From an uncultured Bacilli bacterium (lineage in GTDB: Bacteria; Bacillota_I; Bacilli_A; RF39; UBA660), in the NCBI GenBank assembly GCA_944350335.1, contig CALVOQ010000001.1:1-45163 (forward strand): 45,163 nt of DNA. Reading direction: 5' to 3'. The translations under genes were made by a program, and so were the position numbers. Below, one piece after another: positions 44,868 to 45,163 of this stretch (position 1 is the stretch's first letter; every line of letters starts with the position of its first letter). Below the pieces are notes generated by a model. That model was not told the DNA's origin. It did not search any database and worked only from the letters and a program-made list of their open reading frames with translations.

Positions 44868-45163
44868 ATGAGTAATAGGAGAGTTTTATTGAGCATTATA
44901 GGTGTTTTAATTCTAATTGCAAGTGTTGTTGGTTTAACATATTCATGGTTTAGTGTTTTTGTTGAAGGTATTGGTAAACCTATTGTTGTTACAGCAGGAA
45001 TATTAGATATTAAATATGAAGAAACAGAAACTATGAATGTTATTTTTGCTGAACCTATATATGACGACAATAGAGGAACACAAGCATATAAAAATGTTTT
45101 TACAGTATCCCATGAAGAGAGAAGTAATATAGATGCATGTTATAGTATTGATTTAAGTATAGA
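44868..45163 (+). CDS. TasA/camelysin-like secreted protein with SipW-type signal peptide (5' partial, runs off the window)
   Basis: Open frame from ATG44868 to the window end. It is absent from the ORF track because no stop is reached. MSNRRVLLSIIGVLILIASVVGLTYSWFS matches the SipW-cognate signal pattern (..GGT.A.F..). VVTAGILDIKYEE resembles the TasA ASGTLDL block. Confidence 0.55.
   Translation, partial: MSNRRVLLSIIGVLILIASVVGLTYSWFSVFVEGIGKPIVVTAGILDIKYEETETMNVIFAEPIYDDNRGTQAYKNVFTVSHEERSNIDACYSIDLSI

Noticed and set aside
1517-45070. All other short ORFs in the track that lie inside or antisense to the large + strand CDSs. Examples are 1517-1789, 5117-5425, 7128-7475, 8673-9149, 10167-10403, 28941-29357, 35841-36137, 36837-37304, 37419-37694, 39669-39986, 42978-43259 and 44840-45070.
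   Set aside because: They have no ribosome-binding sites, compositions typical of antisense translation (Ser/Ile/Leu/Phe-rich), and overlap recognisable genes.
1-45163. Scan for CRISPR repeats, IS/transposase ends, integrases, rRNA, group II introns, reverse transcriptases, toxin-antitoxin pairs and long direct DNA repeats.
   Set aside because: None was found by eye. The only internal repeats are at protein level: the lipoprotein pair, the coiled-coil pair and the triplicated surface domain.

Overview
This is an AT-rich (roughly 70% A+T by eye) bacterial chromosome segment, almost certainly from a low-GC Bacillota member. TGA is a stop, GGAGG-type Shine-Dalgarno sites are common, and the gene order rlmB-sigH-secE-nusG-rplK-rplA-rplJ-rplL-methyltransferase-rpoB-rpoC matches Bacillus. 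yunB, yutD, lgt, uppP, murD and a PBP5-type carboxypeptidase indicate a walled organism. I cannot name the species. All genes are on the + strand except uppP, a ferredoxin and one tRNA.

Layout:
- (i) 1-7.8 kb: distal end of a Gram-positive type IV secretion / conjugation module. It holds a PrgK-like M23+lysozyme wall hydrolase, two paralogous lipoproteins, a VirD4-type coupling ATPase and a Trp/Tyr/Arg-rich ectoprotein. A strong terminator closes it.
- (ii) 7.8-26.4 kb: housekeeping genes mixed with uncharacterised ones. These are rhodanese, TVP38/DedA, rmuC, an SPFH slipin, a tandem pair of collinear coiled-coil paralogues, uppP, tex, a Cys/His-loop permease, a D-Ala-D-Ala carboxypeptidase, rluB, ferredoxin, yunB, yutD, a YvlD-like protein, lgt, trxB and rlmB.
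- (iii) 26.5-38.3 kb: the conserved sigH to rpoC cluster with an L10-leader-like element. L11 carries an unusual 59-aa acidic C-terminal extension.
- (iv) 38.4-45.2 kb: frr, argS, an HD hydrolase, tRNA-Arg(CCT), an orphan murD, a membrane-anchored surface protein with a triplicated unknown domain, and the 5' part of a TasA/camelysin-like gene with a SipW-type signal peptide.

I saw no CRISPR array, IS element, integrase, relaxase, rRNA or obvious toxin-antitoxin pair. The best novelty candidates are the coiled-coil paralogue operon, the accessory genes of the T4SS module, the extended L11 and the right-hand surface-protein locus. All family calls come from motif recognition by eye; no database search was run.
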